From contig JAOUEV010000026.1 in assembly GCA_029858565.1 (NCBI GenBank), positions 1 to 47,202 on the forward strand: a stretch of 47,202 nt of DNA, read 5' to 3'. Shown piece after piece: positions 35,961 to 46,162 of the stretch (position 1 is the first letter of the stretch; each line of letters opens with the position of its first letter). The notes below the pieces were generated by a model. It worked only from the letters and a program-made list of their open reading frames with translations, had not been told where the DNA came from and ran no database searches. The DNA comes from Nitrospirota bacterium (lineage in GTDB: Bacteria; Nitrospirota; UBA9217). The translations under genes were made by a program, and so were the position numbers.

Positions 35961-36815
35961 ATGCAGATTGAACTAGCGTGGGAACGATTGAAGGCAGTGC
36001 TTGACCAGATGGGATGTGCTGTTCTCGCCTACTCCGGCGGTGTTGACAGTTCATTGCTGCTTAAAGCCGCGGCAGAAACCCTTGGACCGAACCTTATCGC
36101 TGTTACCGCAGACTCCCCGACCTATCCTCCCGGTGAACTTCAGCAAGCGACCTCCTATGCCCGGTCGCTGGGCATCCGCCATCGCATCATAGCGAGCGAC
36201 GAACTGGCGCAGGAGGCTTTCGCAGCCAATTCATCGGACCGGTGCTATTACTGCAAGAACGAACTGTTTGCCAAAATTCGCCGTATGGCGGACATCGAGG
36301 GTATCTCCTTTATACTCGATGGCACGAACGCAGACGACAGCAGGGATCATCGTCCCGGATCTAAGGCCGCGGCGGAACAGGGGGTCCGGAGCCCTCTTGC
36401 AGAACTCGGGTTTACCAAGCAGGATATCCGGGACCTCGCGAGAAGCAAGGGACTTCCCATGTGGAACAAACCGTCACTTGCCTGTCTTTCCTCGCGCATA
36501 CCCTATGGAACACCTATCACCCGGGAGCTGCTTGCGACCGTGCAGGCTGCCGAGGATGTCATCCGCGGTCTCGGTGTGAGCCAGGTTCGTGTGCGTCATC
36601 ATGGCGATACTGCCAGGATCGAGATCGCTCAGCAGGAGTTCTCACTCATTCTCGCGGATGGCGTTGCGGAACGGGTGGTCAAGGCGATCAAGGACCTGGG
36701 CTTTACCTATGTCTGTCTCGATCTTGAAGGGTATCGGACCGGCAGTATGAACGCTGTGCTTAAAGCGCCAGTGTCGGGAATGGACGCTATTTCTTCACAA
36801 GGAGCAAAAGAATGA
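35961..36815 (+). CDS. larE: ATP-dependent sacrificial sulfur transferase LarE-like
   Basis: AYSGGVDS PP-loop, RCYYCK, DGTNADD, CLSSRIPYG, GYRTGSMN. Confidence 0.92.
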   Translation: MQIELAWERLKAVLDQMGCAVLAYSGGVDSSLLLKAAAETLGPNLIAVTADSPTYPPGELQQATSYARSLGIRHRIIASDELAQEAFAANSSDRCYYCKNELFAKIRRMADIEGISFILDGTNADDSRDHRPGSKAAAEQGVRSPLAELGFTKQDIRDLARSKGLPMWNKPSLACLSSRIPYGTPITRELLATVQAAEDVIRGLGVSQVRVRHHGDTARIEIAQQEFSLILADGVAERVVKAIKDLGFTYVCLDLEGYRTGSMNAVLKAPVSGMDAISSQGAKE

Positions 36816-38089
36816 ACATTCTCGTCGTTGGCGGCGGTGGCAGGGAACATGCGCTCGTGTGGAAACTTTCTCAGAGTCCCCGGGTCGGTAAGATCTATGC
36901 GGCGCCGGGCAACGCCGGTATGGCGCAGCTTGCCGAGTGTGTTCCGGTCAGTTCAGAGGACCTGGCGGGTCTGCTCAATTTCGCGAAGTCCCGCAAGATC
37001 GACCTTACGGTCGTAGGGCCTGAGGGTCCGCTCTCCCTGGGGATCGTCGATGAGTTCCGCAAGGCCGGGCTGCGCATCTTCGGACCTGCGCGAAGCGCGG
37101 CGGAGATCGAGGCGAACAAGGCTTTTACCAAGGACCTGATGAAGAAGTACGGCATTCCTTCCGCGGAGTACGGCTCCTTTACCGACCGCGGGCAGGCGGA
37201 AGCCTATATCAGGCGGCAGGGAGCTCCAATTGTTGTCAAAGCAGCAGGTCTTGCAGCGGGCAAGGGAGTGATCGTTGCCGAGACCGTTGAAGAAGCGCTG
37301 GATGCAGTTGATCTGATCATGGGAAAGAAAGCTTTTGGCGCCGCAGGAGATGTGGTGGTGGTCGAGGAATGTCTTCTCGGCGAGGAAGCGTCATTCATGG
37401 CCTTTACCGACGGAAAGACCGTGGTTCCCATGGTATCTTCGCAGGACCATAAACGTGTTTTTGACGCGGACAAAGGGCCGAACACGGGAGGTATGGGCGC
37501 GTACTCGCCAGCGCCGATCGTGACGCCCGAGATAGAACGGCAGGTGATGGAGAAAGTCATGCATCCGACGGTCGAGGCCATGGCCAAGGAGGGACGCCTG
37601 TTCCAGGGTGTTCTCTACGCCGGCCTGATGATCCATAACGGACAGGCAAAAGTCCTTGAGTTCAACGCACGGTTCGGTGATCCTGAGACCCAGCCCATCA
37701 TGGCCCGCCTGGATAGTGATCTGATCGATATTTTCGAGGGCATTATCGACGGGAAGCTGGACTCGGTCCCGATCCATTGGAAAAAGGACCCGGCGGTGTG
37801 CGTGGTCATGGCATCGGGAGGGTATCCGGGCACCTATGCAAAGGGCAAGGAGATTCATGGGCTCGACAAGGCAGCGGGACTCAACAACGTCATGGTGTTC
37901 CATTCAGGCACCGCGGGCAGGAACGGCGCCGTGGTGACCGACGGAGGTCGCGTCCTTGGCGTGACCGGTCTGGGACCGACGGTGGCCGCGGCGATCGAGG
38001 CGGCATACTCAGGGGTGAAGGAAATATCCTTCGAAGGCGCTCACTACCGCCGAGACATCGGCGCCCGAGCGCTTGAGCGGGGCGTCTAG
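36812..38089 (+). CDS. purD: phosphoribosylamine--glycine ligase
   Basis: GGGGREHAL, GLAAGKGV, QDHKR, GPNTGGMGAYSP, EFNARFGDPE. Confidence 0.98.
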   Translation: MNILVVGGGGREHALVWKLSQSPRVGKIYAAPGNAGMAQLAECVPVSSEDLAGLLNFAKSRKIDLTVVGPEGPLSLGIVDEFRKAGLRIFGPARSAAEIEANKAFTKDLMKKYGIPSAEYGSFTDRGQAEAYIRRQGAPIVVKAAGLAAGKGVIVAETVEEALDAVDLIMGKKAFGAAGDVVVVEECLLGEEASFMAFTDGKTVVPMVSSQDHKRVFDADKGPNTGGMGAYSPAPIVTPEIERQVMEKVMHPTVEAMAKEGRLFQGVLYAGLMIHNGQAKVLEFNARFGDPETQPIMARLDSDLIDIFEGIIDGKLDSVPIHWKKDPAVCVVMASGGYPGTYAKGKEIHGLDKAAGLNNVMVFHSGTAGRNGAVVTDGGRVLGVTGLGPTVAAAIEAAYSGVKEISFEGAHYRRDIGARALERGV

Positions 38090-38092
38090 GGC

Positions 38093-38869
38093 ATGCCTGC
38101 CGGCCGGTTAGTCGCTTCCTGCAGGGAGATCGCTTCATTCTTGAACAGGACATTGCGGGTTCCTGTGATCAGGGACGCTTCGGTCAATGGATTGCAGGTC
38201 CGGCTTCGTGCGGACAAGTCGGTCAGGACGGTCGGATTCGCTGTTGATGCCTGTCTCTCCACGTTCCAAAAGGCCCGCAAGTTGAACGTAGACCTGCTGG
38301 TTGCTCACCACGGCATCAAATGGCGTCCGCAAAAGGACCGGGAGATCGCCTTGCGCAGGCAAAGGTTCCTTGAGGACCATGCCATGGCGCTGTACGCTGC
38401 CCATCTTCCGCTGGATCTCCACCCACAGTACGGGAATAATGCCGGGCTTTGCCGTCTGTTGGGGCTGGAAGATGTGCGCAGGTTCGGCCGTTACCACGGG
38501 ATCAAGATCGGCTATCAGGGACGCTTTCCGCGTAAGCGCAGACCTGCTGAAATTGCTCGCCGGCTCGATCGGATGCTCTCAACGCGGTGTCGTGTTTACG
38601 ATTTTGGGGCGAAGCAGCTTTCCTCCCTCGGCATCATTTCCGGGGGCGGTGGAAGCATGCTTCTCGATGCAGTGAGGGAAGGTTTGGACGGTTTTCTCGT
38701 CGGCGAGATAGACCTGGCAGTGTATAATGCGGCAAGAGAATACGGCATCACGGTGATATCCGCGGGGCACTATGCCACGGAGACCGTGGGTGTAAAGGCG
38801 CTCATGCCACTGGTCGCGGAACATTTTGGAACCGCCACGGTATTCATCGACGATCGCAAGGATCTGTAA
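38093..38869 (+). CDS. Nif3/YbgI-like dinuclear metal protein
   Basis: NGLQV, AHHG, HLPLDLHPQYGNN, AGHYATE. Confidence 0.92.
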   Translation: MPAGRLVASCREIASFLNRTLRVPVIRDASVNGLQVRLRADKSVRTVGFAVDACLSTFQKARKLNVDLLVAHHGIKWRPQKDREIALRRQRFLEDHAMALYAAHLPLDLHPQYGNNAGLCRLLGLEDVRRFGRYHGIKIGYQGRFPRKRRPAEIARRLDRMLSTRCRVYDFGAKQLSSLGIISGGGGSMLLDAVREGLDGFLVGEIDLAVYNAAREYGITVISAGHYATETVGVKALMPLVAEHFGTATVFIDDRKDL

Positions 38870-38950
38870 AACAAACCATCCTGTTGGGCAGCCGCGAACT
38901 GATCGCGGGAGCCCCTGCAGGTGACACCCTATTTGAAGAAAGGGGCACGC

Positions 38951-39571
38951 ATGGCAAAACCACTTGTTGGAATCCTCATGGGAAGCGATTCGGACCTCCC
39001 GATCATGCAGGAGGCGGGCGCAATGCTGCGGGAGTTCGGTATCGAGTACGAAATGACCATAGCATCGGCACATCGGACGCCGAAGAAAGTGCTGGAGTAC
39101 AGCCAGACAGCGGAGCGACGGGGTCTGAAGGTGCTCATTGCCGGAGCTGGATGGGCAGCGCATCTGGCGGGATTCATCGCATCCCAGACGACGCTGCCGG
39201 TCATCGGAGTTCCCATTGATTCTTCGGCGCTCAAGGGGATGGATGCTCTCTTGTCGACCGTGCAGATGCCCGGCGGCATTCCGGTGGCGACCATGTCGAT
39301 CGGAAAGGGAGGCGCGAAGAACGCAGGGATCTTTGCCGCGCAGATCATTGGAACCGCAGATGTCAAGGTTGCCAACCGACTGAAGGTATTCAAGGTCGAG
39401 ATGGAGCGTGAAGTGGAAGAGAAGGCCAAGAAGCTCGTGGCCGTCTCGGTCGCGGAACCTACTCTGCCCGAACCGGAAGCCGCAGCACCTGCCGGCGCAA
39501 AGAAAAAGCCGCGGCGTCGGCGGTGGAAAAAGAAACCCGCAGCAGGCCAGACCCAGGGACCTGCTTCGTGA
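38951..39571 (+). CDS. purE: N5-CAIR mutase PurE with a basic C-terminal extension
   Basis: MGSDSDL, SAHRTP, AAHLAG, LLSTVQMPGGIPVAT. Confidence 0.96.
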   Translation: MAKPLVGILMGSDSDLPIMQEAGAMLREFGIEYEMTIASAHRTPKKVLEYSQTAERRGLKVLIAGAGWAAHLAGFIASQTTLPVIGVPIDSSALKGMDALLSTVQMPGGIPVATMSIGKGGAKNAGIFAAQIIGTADVKVANRLKVFKVEMEREVEEKAKKLVAVSVAEPTLPEPEAAAPAGAKKKPRRRRWKKKPAAGQTQGPAS

Positions 39572-40455
39572 GAACCGAACTGGAGTGCCTGCCCTGTTTC
39601 TTCAGGCAGGTCAGCAGAACGCTGAGCTACGCCGCCGTCGATCCCGATCTGGGAAAGAGCATTTCCCGGGAAGCGTCGAGGATCGTGGAGACAGCATCAC
39701 TCGACCAGGCACCGGCGCGAATTTCCACGCTCCTGCACAGATTGATGCGGGAACGAACAGGCATGGATCCCTATCGCGAAGTAAAGGAAACCTATAACGG
39801 GATCGCTCTGGAACTTCTTCCCGTTGTCAGGATGCGCGCATCCGGGGCCGGGGAGGGTGGGGACCGGCTCGCAGGCGCTGTCCGCGCAGCGATAGCGGGA
39901 AATATCATAGATTTCGGCATCTACGAAACGATTGATCTTGAACGTTCTCTCCGGGATTCCTTTGAGCTGCCTCTCGCAACCACAGATTATGATCTGTTCG
40001 CACGCGCCGTGGACCGGGCGGAGCGGATCCTCTATCTTTGCGATAACGCCGGAGAGATCGTGTTTGACCGTGTCCTGATCGAGGAACTGCGGGGACGCGG
40101 CAAGGAGGTGACCGCCGTGGTCAAAGGTACGCCGGTCATCAATGATGCGACCATGGATGATGCCCGCGCCACGGGGCTGGCGGACTCAGCGGGTAGGGTG
40201 ATCGATAACGGCAATGATGGGATCGGGACGCTGCTGGAACAGTGTTCTCCCGAGTTCCTTGAAGCCTATCATGATGCCGACCTGATCGTGAGCAAGGGAC
40301 AGGCGAACTTTGAAACGCTGGTACCAGAGCAGGACGAACGGACATTTTATCTCTTTAAAGTGAAGTGCCCGGTGGTAGCTGCTGCGCTGGGAAGGCCCGA
40401 CGGGGACATCGTTCTGTCAGCGTGCCAGAGCGCGTCCGCCTGTCTTAGGAACTGA
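39568..40455 (+). CDS. ARMT1/DUF89 damage-control phosphatase
   Basis: GTG start overlapping the purE stop; ECLPC, DPY..K, GNIID, DNAGE, NDAT, SKGQANFE. Confidence 0.9.
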   Translation: MRTELECLPCFFRQVSRTLSYAAVDPDLGKSISREASRIVETASLDQAPARISTLLHRLMRERTGMDPYREVKETYNGIALELLPVVRMRASGAGEGGDRLAGAVRAAIAGNIIDFGIYETIDLERSLRDSFELPLATTDYDLFARAVDRAERILYLCDNAGEIVFDRVLIEELRGRGKEVTAVVKGTPVINDATMDDARATGLADSAGRVIDNGNDGIGTLLEQCSPEFLEAYHDADLIVSKGQANFETLVPEQDERTFYLFKVKCPVVAAALGRPDGDIVLSACQSASACLRN

Positions 40456-40464
40456 GCGGGACCC

Positions 40465-41085
40465 ATGGCGGCGACCATACTATCCTTAGATCACAAAGAT
40501 CCGGAGCGGTCCTATGCGCAGTGCCGGAGCGTTATCAGGTCAGGCGGTATCATCGCCTATCCAACCGATACGTTCTACGGACTGGGAACGGACCCCCGAG
40601 ATCCTGCTTCTGTCCGGCGGCTCTTTACGATCAAGAGGCGAAGGCTCGAACAGCCGCTCCTGCTGCTGGTGTCCGATATTGAAGAGGTGGAGCAGTGGGC
40701 TGCACAGGTAACCCGTGACGCCCGTGATCTCATGGATCGCTACTGGCCAGGACCCCTGACGCTGGTGCTGCAGGCAAGAGCTGAAGTGCTTCCTGAACTG
40801 ACAGCGGGGACCGGAACTATCGGGCTGAGAGTACCGGGCAACGAAGATACCCGGTCCCTCCTCCGCTCTATCGGGACGGCGTTGACCGGTACGAGCGCGA
40901 ATCGGTCCGGCGAGCCTGAGCCGCGGACAGCGGGAGAGGTCTTCGCATCCCTCGGCGGCGAGCTCGATCTTATCCTGGATGGGGGAAGGGCCAACAGCGA
41001 ACGTCCGTCCACCATAGTGGATGTGAGCGGAAGCGTGCCTCGGATCATCCGCCGCGGCGCAATTGATCTTGAACTGAGCTCGTGA
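40465..41085 (+). CDS. tsaC: L-threonylcarbamoyladenylate synthase (YrdC/Sua5)
   Basis: AYPTDTFYGL, WPGPLTLV, GLRVP, TSANRSG, PSTIVD. Confidence 0.93.
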   Translation: MAATILSLDHKDPERSYAQCRSVIRSGGIIAYPTDTFYGLGTDPRDPASVRRLFTIKRRRLEQPLLLLVSDIEEVEQWAAQVTRDARDLMDRYWPGPLTLVLQARAEVLPELTAGTGTIGLRVPGNEDTRSLLRSIGTALTGTSANRSGEPEPRTAGEVFASLGGELDLILDGGRANSERPSTIVDVSGSVPRIIRRGAIDLELSS

Positions 41086-41136
41086 TATGCGATAGCATTG
41101 AGCGGCCCGGATAACCAGGGAGGAATGGGAACGACC

Positions 41137-42462
41137 ATGAAAAAAGTATTTGTCCTTGATACGAACGTGCTGCTCCATGATCCGAAGGCGATCTTCTCTT
41201 TTGACGACAACGACGTGGTGATCCCGATCGTGGTGATCGAGGAACTGGACAAGTTCAAGAAGGATGTGAACGAGATCGGCAGAAATGCCCGCCAGGTCTC
41301 GCGGATCCTCGATGAGTACCGGCAAAAGGGCAAGCTTTCGCAGGGAGTACCGCTTGAAGGTGGCGGGAGCCTGCGCGTTGAACTCAATCATCAGTCTCCG
41401 GACTGCCTCCCGAACGAGCTTATTGCGACAAAGGCCGACAACCGCATTCTCGCCACCGCACTGAACCTGAAGAGCGACAACATGCCGGTCATTCTGGTGA
41501 CCAAGGATACGAATTTACGCATCAAGGCCGATGCCCTTGGGCTTCGGGCAGAGGATTTCGAGTCCGATACCATCGAGATCAACGAACTTTATCCGGGCGA
41601 GATCGAGATGCTCGTCGAACCGGGGTCGATCGAAGAGTTCTATGGAAAGGGTGAACTGGCGCCGGCAGGGGACACGAAACTGTTCCCGAACCAGTTCGTG
41701 CTGATCAAGAACAATGCCAATCTCTCTCAGACAGCGCTGACCCGTTTCAGCCAGCAGAGGCATATGCTGGTGCCGATCACGAACACCAAACACGGCGTCT
41801 GGGGCATCAATGCGAAGAATAAACAGCAGCAGTTCGCCCTGGACCTGCTCCTGAACGATGATATCCGGCTCGTCACGCTCGTTGGCAAGGCCGGTACGGG
41901 TAAGACCCTCCTCGCGCTGGCCGCCGGCCTGGAAAAGACCATCGAGCAACGTACCTTCCAGCGTCTGGTTGTCTCCCGGCCGGTCTTTCCCCTGGGGAAG
42001 GATATCGGGTTCCTGCCCGGAGACATCGAGGAAAAGCTAAAGCCCTGGATGCAGCCGATCCGCGACAATCTGGACTTCCTGATGGGAGCGTCCACGCCGG
42101 CTGTAACCGGCCGGGCCAAAGGCAAGAAGGACCTCCAGAGTCTTTTCGATCTGGGTATGATCGAGGTCGAGCCGCTCACCTATATCCGAGGCCGGAGCAT
42201 GCCGAACCAGTATCTCATTGTGGACGAAGCGCAGAACCTGACGCCCCATGAGATCAAGACCATTATTACCAGGGCAGGCGAGGGGACCAAGGTCGTGCTG
42301 ACCGGCGATCCCTACCAGATCGACAATCCCTATATCGATTCCTCCAGCAATGGCCTGTCTTTCGTGGTGGAGAGGTTCAAGGAAGAGGCTATTTCAGGCC
42401 ACATTACCCTGATGAAGGGTGAACGTTCAGATCTGGCCGAACTTGCGGCGACGTTGCTCTGA
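41137..42462 (+). CDS. PIN-PhoH fusion protein (PhoH2/YlaK type)
   Basis: VLDTNVLLHDP PIN domain; GKAGTGKT, GFLPG, YIRGRS, DEAQN, GDPYQID. Confidence 0.93.
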   Translation: MKKVFVLDTNVLLHDPKAIFSFDDNDVVIPIVVIEELDKFKKDVNEIGRNARQVSRILDEYRQKGKLSQGVPLEGGGSLRVELNHQSPDCLPNELIATKADNRILATALNLKSDNMPVILVTKDTNLRIKADALGLRAEDFESDTIEINELYPGEIEMLVEPGSIEEFYGKGELAPAGDTKLFPNQFVLIKNNANLSQTALTRFSQQRHMLVPITNTKHGVWGINAKNKQQQFALDLLLNDDIRLVTLVGKAGTGKTLLALAAGLEKTIEQRTFQRLVVSRPVFPLGKDIGFLPGDIEEKLKPWMQPIRDNLDFLMGASTPAVTGRAKGKKDLQSLFDLGMIEVEPLTYIRGRSMPNQYLIVDEAQNLTPHEIKTIITRAGEGTKVVLTGDPYQIDNPYIDSSSNGLSFVVERFKEEAISGHITLMKGERSDLAELAATLL

Positions 42463-42490
42463 TCCGGATCATCAGCAGATCCAATTCCAG

Positions 42491-42523
42491 AAAGCCTCTT
42501 CCCGTGTCCGGGGAGAGGCTTTT
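42491..42523 (+). terminator. intrinsic terminator
   Basis: AAAGCCTCTTCCCG..CGGGGAGAGGCTTT stem followed by a T-rich tail. Confidence 0.7.
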
Positions 42524-42591
42524 GTTCTGTTCCGAACAGTGTTACAAAAATTCCTATTAAAAACCGGTCATCTGTGGTATTATTGCCCGCC

Positions 42592-43458
42592 ATGGCGAAG
42601 ATATTAGAGAAGCGTTTAATACGCCAACCCGATGTTTTTTATTATAAAATCGCAGCTCCCCTTATATCCCGCAAAGCGCGTCCCGGACAGTTCATTATCC
42701 TGAGGCTGCATGAAAAAGGTGAACGTATCCCCTTGTCCCTTGCGGACATCGATCCCCGGGAAGGTACGATCAGCCTTATTGTCATGGCCGTGGGTAAGAC
42801 CACCCATGAACTGTCGCAATGTTCTGCCGGAGACAATATTCGGGATCTCTGCGGACCCCTGGGCATGGCTACTCATATTGAGAACCTAGGTCATGTGGTC
42901 CTGGTGGGTGGAGGATTCGGCGCCGCACCGCTCTATCCCATTGCCCGTTCATTCAGGGATGAAGGCAACCGGGTGACCGTGATCATGGGCGCCAGGAGCC
43001 GGGATCTCCTGATCTACGAGCAGGAAATGGAGCAGGTGGCGGACCGCGTTGTGGTCACGACCGATGACGGCAGCAAGGGCCTGAAGGGGCGGGTGACCGA
43101 TGCTTTGTCCATGGAACTGTCAAGTGGCAAGGTGGATCTCGTGCTTGCGGTAGGTCCGGCTATTATGATGCGGTCGGTCTCCGAAGTAACGCGGGGGACC
43201 GGTGTGCGTACTATTGTGAGCCTTAATCCCATCATGGTGGATGGTACCGGTATGTGCGGAGGCTGTCGGGTCATGGTGGGCGGGGAAACGAAGTTCGCCT
43301 GCGTTGACGGTCCGGAGTTCGACGGACACCTGGTGGACTGGGAATCGCTTATGAACCGCCAAAAGACCTATGTTGCCGAGGAACGAGAGTCGTTCGAATC
43401 GTGGAAGTCCCGCCACGAACGCATGCTGGGCAAGAATAACGCTCCGGTCTGCGAATAG
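42592..43458 (+). CDS. nfnA: NADH-dependent reduced ferredoxin:NADP+ oxidoreductase small subunit (NfnA/PyrK-like)
   Basis: PGQFIILR..GERIPLS, GPLG, MVDGTGMCGGCRV, ACVDGPEFDG; directly upstream of a GltD-like gene. Confidence 0.85.
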   Translation: MAKILEKRLIRQPDVFYYKIAAPLISRKARPGQFIILRLHEKGERIPLSLADIDPREGTISLIVMAVGKTTHELSQCSAGDNIRDLCGPLGMATHIENLGHVVLVGGGFGAAPLYPIARSFRDEGNRVTVIMGARSRDLLIYEQEMEQVADRVVVTTDDGSKGLKGRVTDALSMELSSGKVDLVLAVGPAIMMRSVSEVTRGTGVRTIVSLNPIMVDGTGMCGGCRVMVGGETKFACVDGPEFDGHLVDWESLMNRQKTYVAEERESFESWKSRHERMLGKNNAPVCE

Positions 43459-43470
43459 ACGGCCACGATC

Positions 43471-44901
43471 ATGAAAGAGACACAGGTGAAGGAACAGAAA
43501 CAGGGAAAGAAGATTATCCCGAGCAAAACGCCCGCGCCGGAGCAGGATCCCGACTCCAGGAAGCATAACTTCGACGAGGTCACACGTTGCTATACAGAGG
43601 AGCAGGCATTGCGGGAATCCGAGCGGTGCTTGAACTGCCGGAATCCGCAGTGCGTTGAGGGATGCCCGGTACGTGTACCGATCCCACGGTTCATCAGCGC
43701 GTTGAAACAGGGAAACTTCAAGCAGGCGCTGGACATTATCAAGGAAGCGAGCCTGCTTCCCGCTGTATGCGGCCGCGTTTGTCCGCAGGAAAAACAGTGC
43801 GAGGCGCGCTGCGCCCTCGGGAAGAAGTTCGAACCTGTTGCCATCGGCCGGTTGGAGCGGTTCGCTGCCGACTGGGTCATGGAACACGATCTTGCATCGC
43901 CTCCGCCCGTCCTTCCTCCGACAGGCCGTACCGTGGCGGTCATCGGCAGCGGCCCGGCAGGCCTTGCCTGCGCATACGAACTTTCCAAACTCGGTCATCA
44001 GGTGACCATTTACGAGGCATTCCATGAACCAGGAGGCGTTCTCCTCTACGGTATTCCCGAGTTCCGGCTTCCGAAGAGGATCGTAGCGCGTGAGATCGAA
44101 CTGCTGCGCGCCATGGGCGTTGTGATCGAGACAAACGTGGTCGTGGGCAAATTGATCACCGTCGACGAGATCATGGCGCAGTTCGATGCCTGTTTCATCG
44201 GCACTGGCGCGGGTACTCCGAAATTCATGTGCGTTCCCGGAGAGAACCTGAACGGGGTCTATTCGGCGAATGAGTTCCTGACCCGTATCAATTTCATGCG
44301 TTCTCATTCCTTCCCTGTCTATGATACGCCCATCAGAAAAGGGACGAGGATCGCGGTCATCGGTGGCGGAAATGTCGCCATGGATGCGGTGCGCACCGCT
44401 CTTCGTCTTGGCGCCGAGGATGCCGTTATCGTGTACCGCCGCTCGTTAGAGGACATGCCGGCACGGGGGGAAGAGATCGTTCACGCGCAAGAAGAAGGCG
44501 TCCGCTTTGAGGTCCTGACGGACCTGGTCAGGATCATCGGCGAGAGCGGGTCGGTCCGTGAGATCGAGTGTGTCCGGATGGAACAGGGACCGGCCGACGC
44601 TTCCGGACGCCGCAGATCTGTCCCCGTGCCCGGGTCGGAATTTCGTCTTCCCGTTGACATGGTCATCATGGCGATCGGGACCAACGTGAATCCCCTGGTC
44701 CCGCAAAGTACTGCCGACCTGCAAGTCACTACGTGGGGATATATTGTTGCTGATGAGAAGACCGGTGCGACCAACAAGCTCGGCGTCTTTGCCGGAGGCG
44801 ATATCGTTACCGGCGCAGCAACAGTCATATCCGCCATGGGTGCAGGAAGTAAAGCAGCTAATGCCATTCATGCCTATCTGATCAGAAAGAAACAAATCTG
44901 A
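43471..44901 (+). CDS. nfnB: NfnB / GltD-like NADPH-dependent oxidoreductase
   Basis: RCLNC..CVEGCPV, CGRVCPQEKQCE, GSGPAG, YGIPEFRLP, GGGNVAMD..VYRRS, GGDIVTGAATVISAM. Confidence 0.87.
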   Translation: MKETQVKEQKQGKKIIPSKTPAPEQDPDSRKHNFDEVTRCYTEEQALRESERCLNCRNPQCVEGCPVRVPIPRFISALKQGNFKQALDIIKEASLLPAVCGRVCPQEKQCEARCALGKKFEPVAIGRLERFAADWVMEHDLASPPPVLPPTGRTVAVIGSGPAGLACAYELSKLGHQVTIYEAFHEPGGVLLYGIPEFRLPKRIVAREIELLRAMGVVIETNVVVGKLITVDEIMAQFDACFIGTGAGTPKFMCVPGENLNGVYSANEFLTRINFMRSHSFPVYDTPIRKGTRIAVIGGGNVAMDAVRTALRLGAEDAVIVYRRSLEDMPARGEEIVHAQEEGVRFEVLTDLVRIIGESGSVREIECVRMEQGPADASGRRRSVPVPGSEFRLPVDMVIMAIGTNVNPLVPQSTADLQVTTWGYIVADEKTGATNKLGVFAGGDIVTGAATVISAMGAGSKAANAIHAYLIRKKQI

Positions 44902-45049
44902 TATCCTCCTCCCTCTCAGCCCGTCAGTCAGCTAGCATCGAATAATTCTGTGTCATGGCTAAAATAAAAGGTATTTCGCCATGTCGGCGGAATTCAGTGC
45001 GCAGTCTCTGCAGGTACCTTCCTGGCAACTAATGCCTGAGGAGGTATTT

Positions 45050-45571
45050 ATGCATAAGGAAAGAATGCGGGGATTTACGTTGTTCGAGCTTTTAACGGTT
45101 ATTGCTATTATCGGTACACTGGCGACTATCGCTCATGCGTCCTACCGGGACGTTGTACGGCGAGGTCACTTGTACGGAGCTGTTGACATGATTCGCATGG
45201 ATATCCAGAAGATTCGTCTTGAGGTCTTGAACAGTGGTGAGGAGCACCGAATCGATTTTGAACCCGCAACAGGGTCATACCTGCTGAACGGAATCCATCG
45301 GGTGACGTTGCATCGGGACGTGCGATATGGCGCGGGACCCGGAGTCACAGGCAAACCGTCACAGCCTTATGAGCCCCCTCCGGCGAGCGGTGTAACGTTT
45401 AAAGCTGACGGCACTAATAACCGGGCCGTATTTTTACCAAAGGGAGCGGTCGTTCCGACCGGTGCGGTCTATCTGACGACCGGCAAGGAAACCATGGCAA
45501 TAACAGTCGCACTGAATGGTCATTTACGCTTATGGCGCTCCCGGGGAGGAAATAAGTGGGACTTGCAGTGA
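45050..45571 (+). CDS. prepilin-type (FimT/GspH-like) minor pilin
   Basis: GAGGAGG RBS; RMRG/FTLFELLTVIAII cleavage motif with Glu5. Confidence 0.85.
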   Translation: MHKERMRGFTLFELLTVIAIIGTLATIAHASYRDVVRRGHLYGAVDMIRMDIQKIRLEVLNSGEEHRIDFEPATGSYLLNGIHRVTLHRDVRYGAGPGVTGKPSQPYEPPPASGVTFKADGTNNRAVFLPKGAVVPTGAVYLTTGKETMAITVALNGHLRLWRSRGGNKWDLQ

Positions 45572-45660
45572 AGTTCGATCCTTCGGTCTGAAGAAGCTGT
45601 GCTATGATTACTGCACGTGCGTAATCTGCAAAGTAATCGGCAAAGAGTCCTGGAGGATTC

Positions 45661-46137
45661 ATGTATCGCAAGGTCATAATTTCCCTATTTGTCATCGTCC
45701 TTCTGCTCTCCGGCTGCACCCGTGAGACCGAGGAAGGCAAGATCAAAAAGGTCATAAGCTCCATTCAAGCTGCTGCGGAGAGTAAAAGGATACTTGCGGT
45801 CCTCGAACACCTATCCAAGGACTATCGAGATCCGCAGGGGAATGATTACGAGGGCATCAAAGGTCTCTTGTCATTCTATTTCTTTAAACACCAGGCGGTC
45901 CACGTTTACATTCCAGCGATCGATATCGCCGTAACGGGCTATACGGCTACAGCGGCATTCGATGCCGTACTTACCGGTCGGCCCGCTGACGGTTCCGGAG
46001 GAACGATAATACCGGAGTCGCTTGGCGTTTATCGTTTTGACGTGAGTTTAAAGCGCGAAGGTGACCAATGGAAGGTCCTCTCAGCTAAATGGGAACTGTC
46101 CGGGGAGGGTGGTCCTGTTCCCCCGCCGGCGAGATGA
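45661..46137 (+). CDS. lipoprotein, probable NTF2/SnoaL-like fold
   Basis: GGAGG RBS; lipobox LSG/C; LSKDY, LKREGDQWKV end motif. Confidence 0.75.
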   Translation: MYRKVIISLFVIVLLLSGCTRETEEGKIKKVISSIQAAAESKRILAVLEHLSKDYRDPQGNDYEGIKGLLSFYFFKHQAVHVYIPAIDIAVTGYTATAAFDAVLTGRPADGSGGTIIPESLGVYRFDVSLKREGDQWKVLSAKWELSGEGGPVPPPAR

Positions 46138-46162
46138 AGGAACGCCTCTTATTCGAGTAGAA

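Noticed and set aside
236-44307. Long antisense ORFs (e.g. 236-1669, 18872-20518, 20699-22669, 28720-30294, 43120-44307)
   Set aside because: Shadows of well-supported genes on the opposite strand caused by GC-rich codon bias; no recognisable motifs
43471-44901. A second glutamate synthase small subunit (gltD/gltA)
   Set aside because: Pairing with an upstream PyrK-like gene indicates NfnAB transhydrogenase rather than glutamate synthase
45023-45037. sigma54 promoter before the pilin-like gene (TGGCA...TGC)
   Set aside because: GG-to-GC spacing is 2 nt too short for a -24/-12 element
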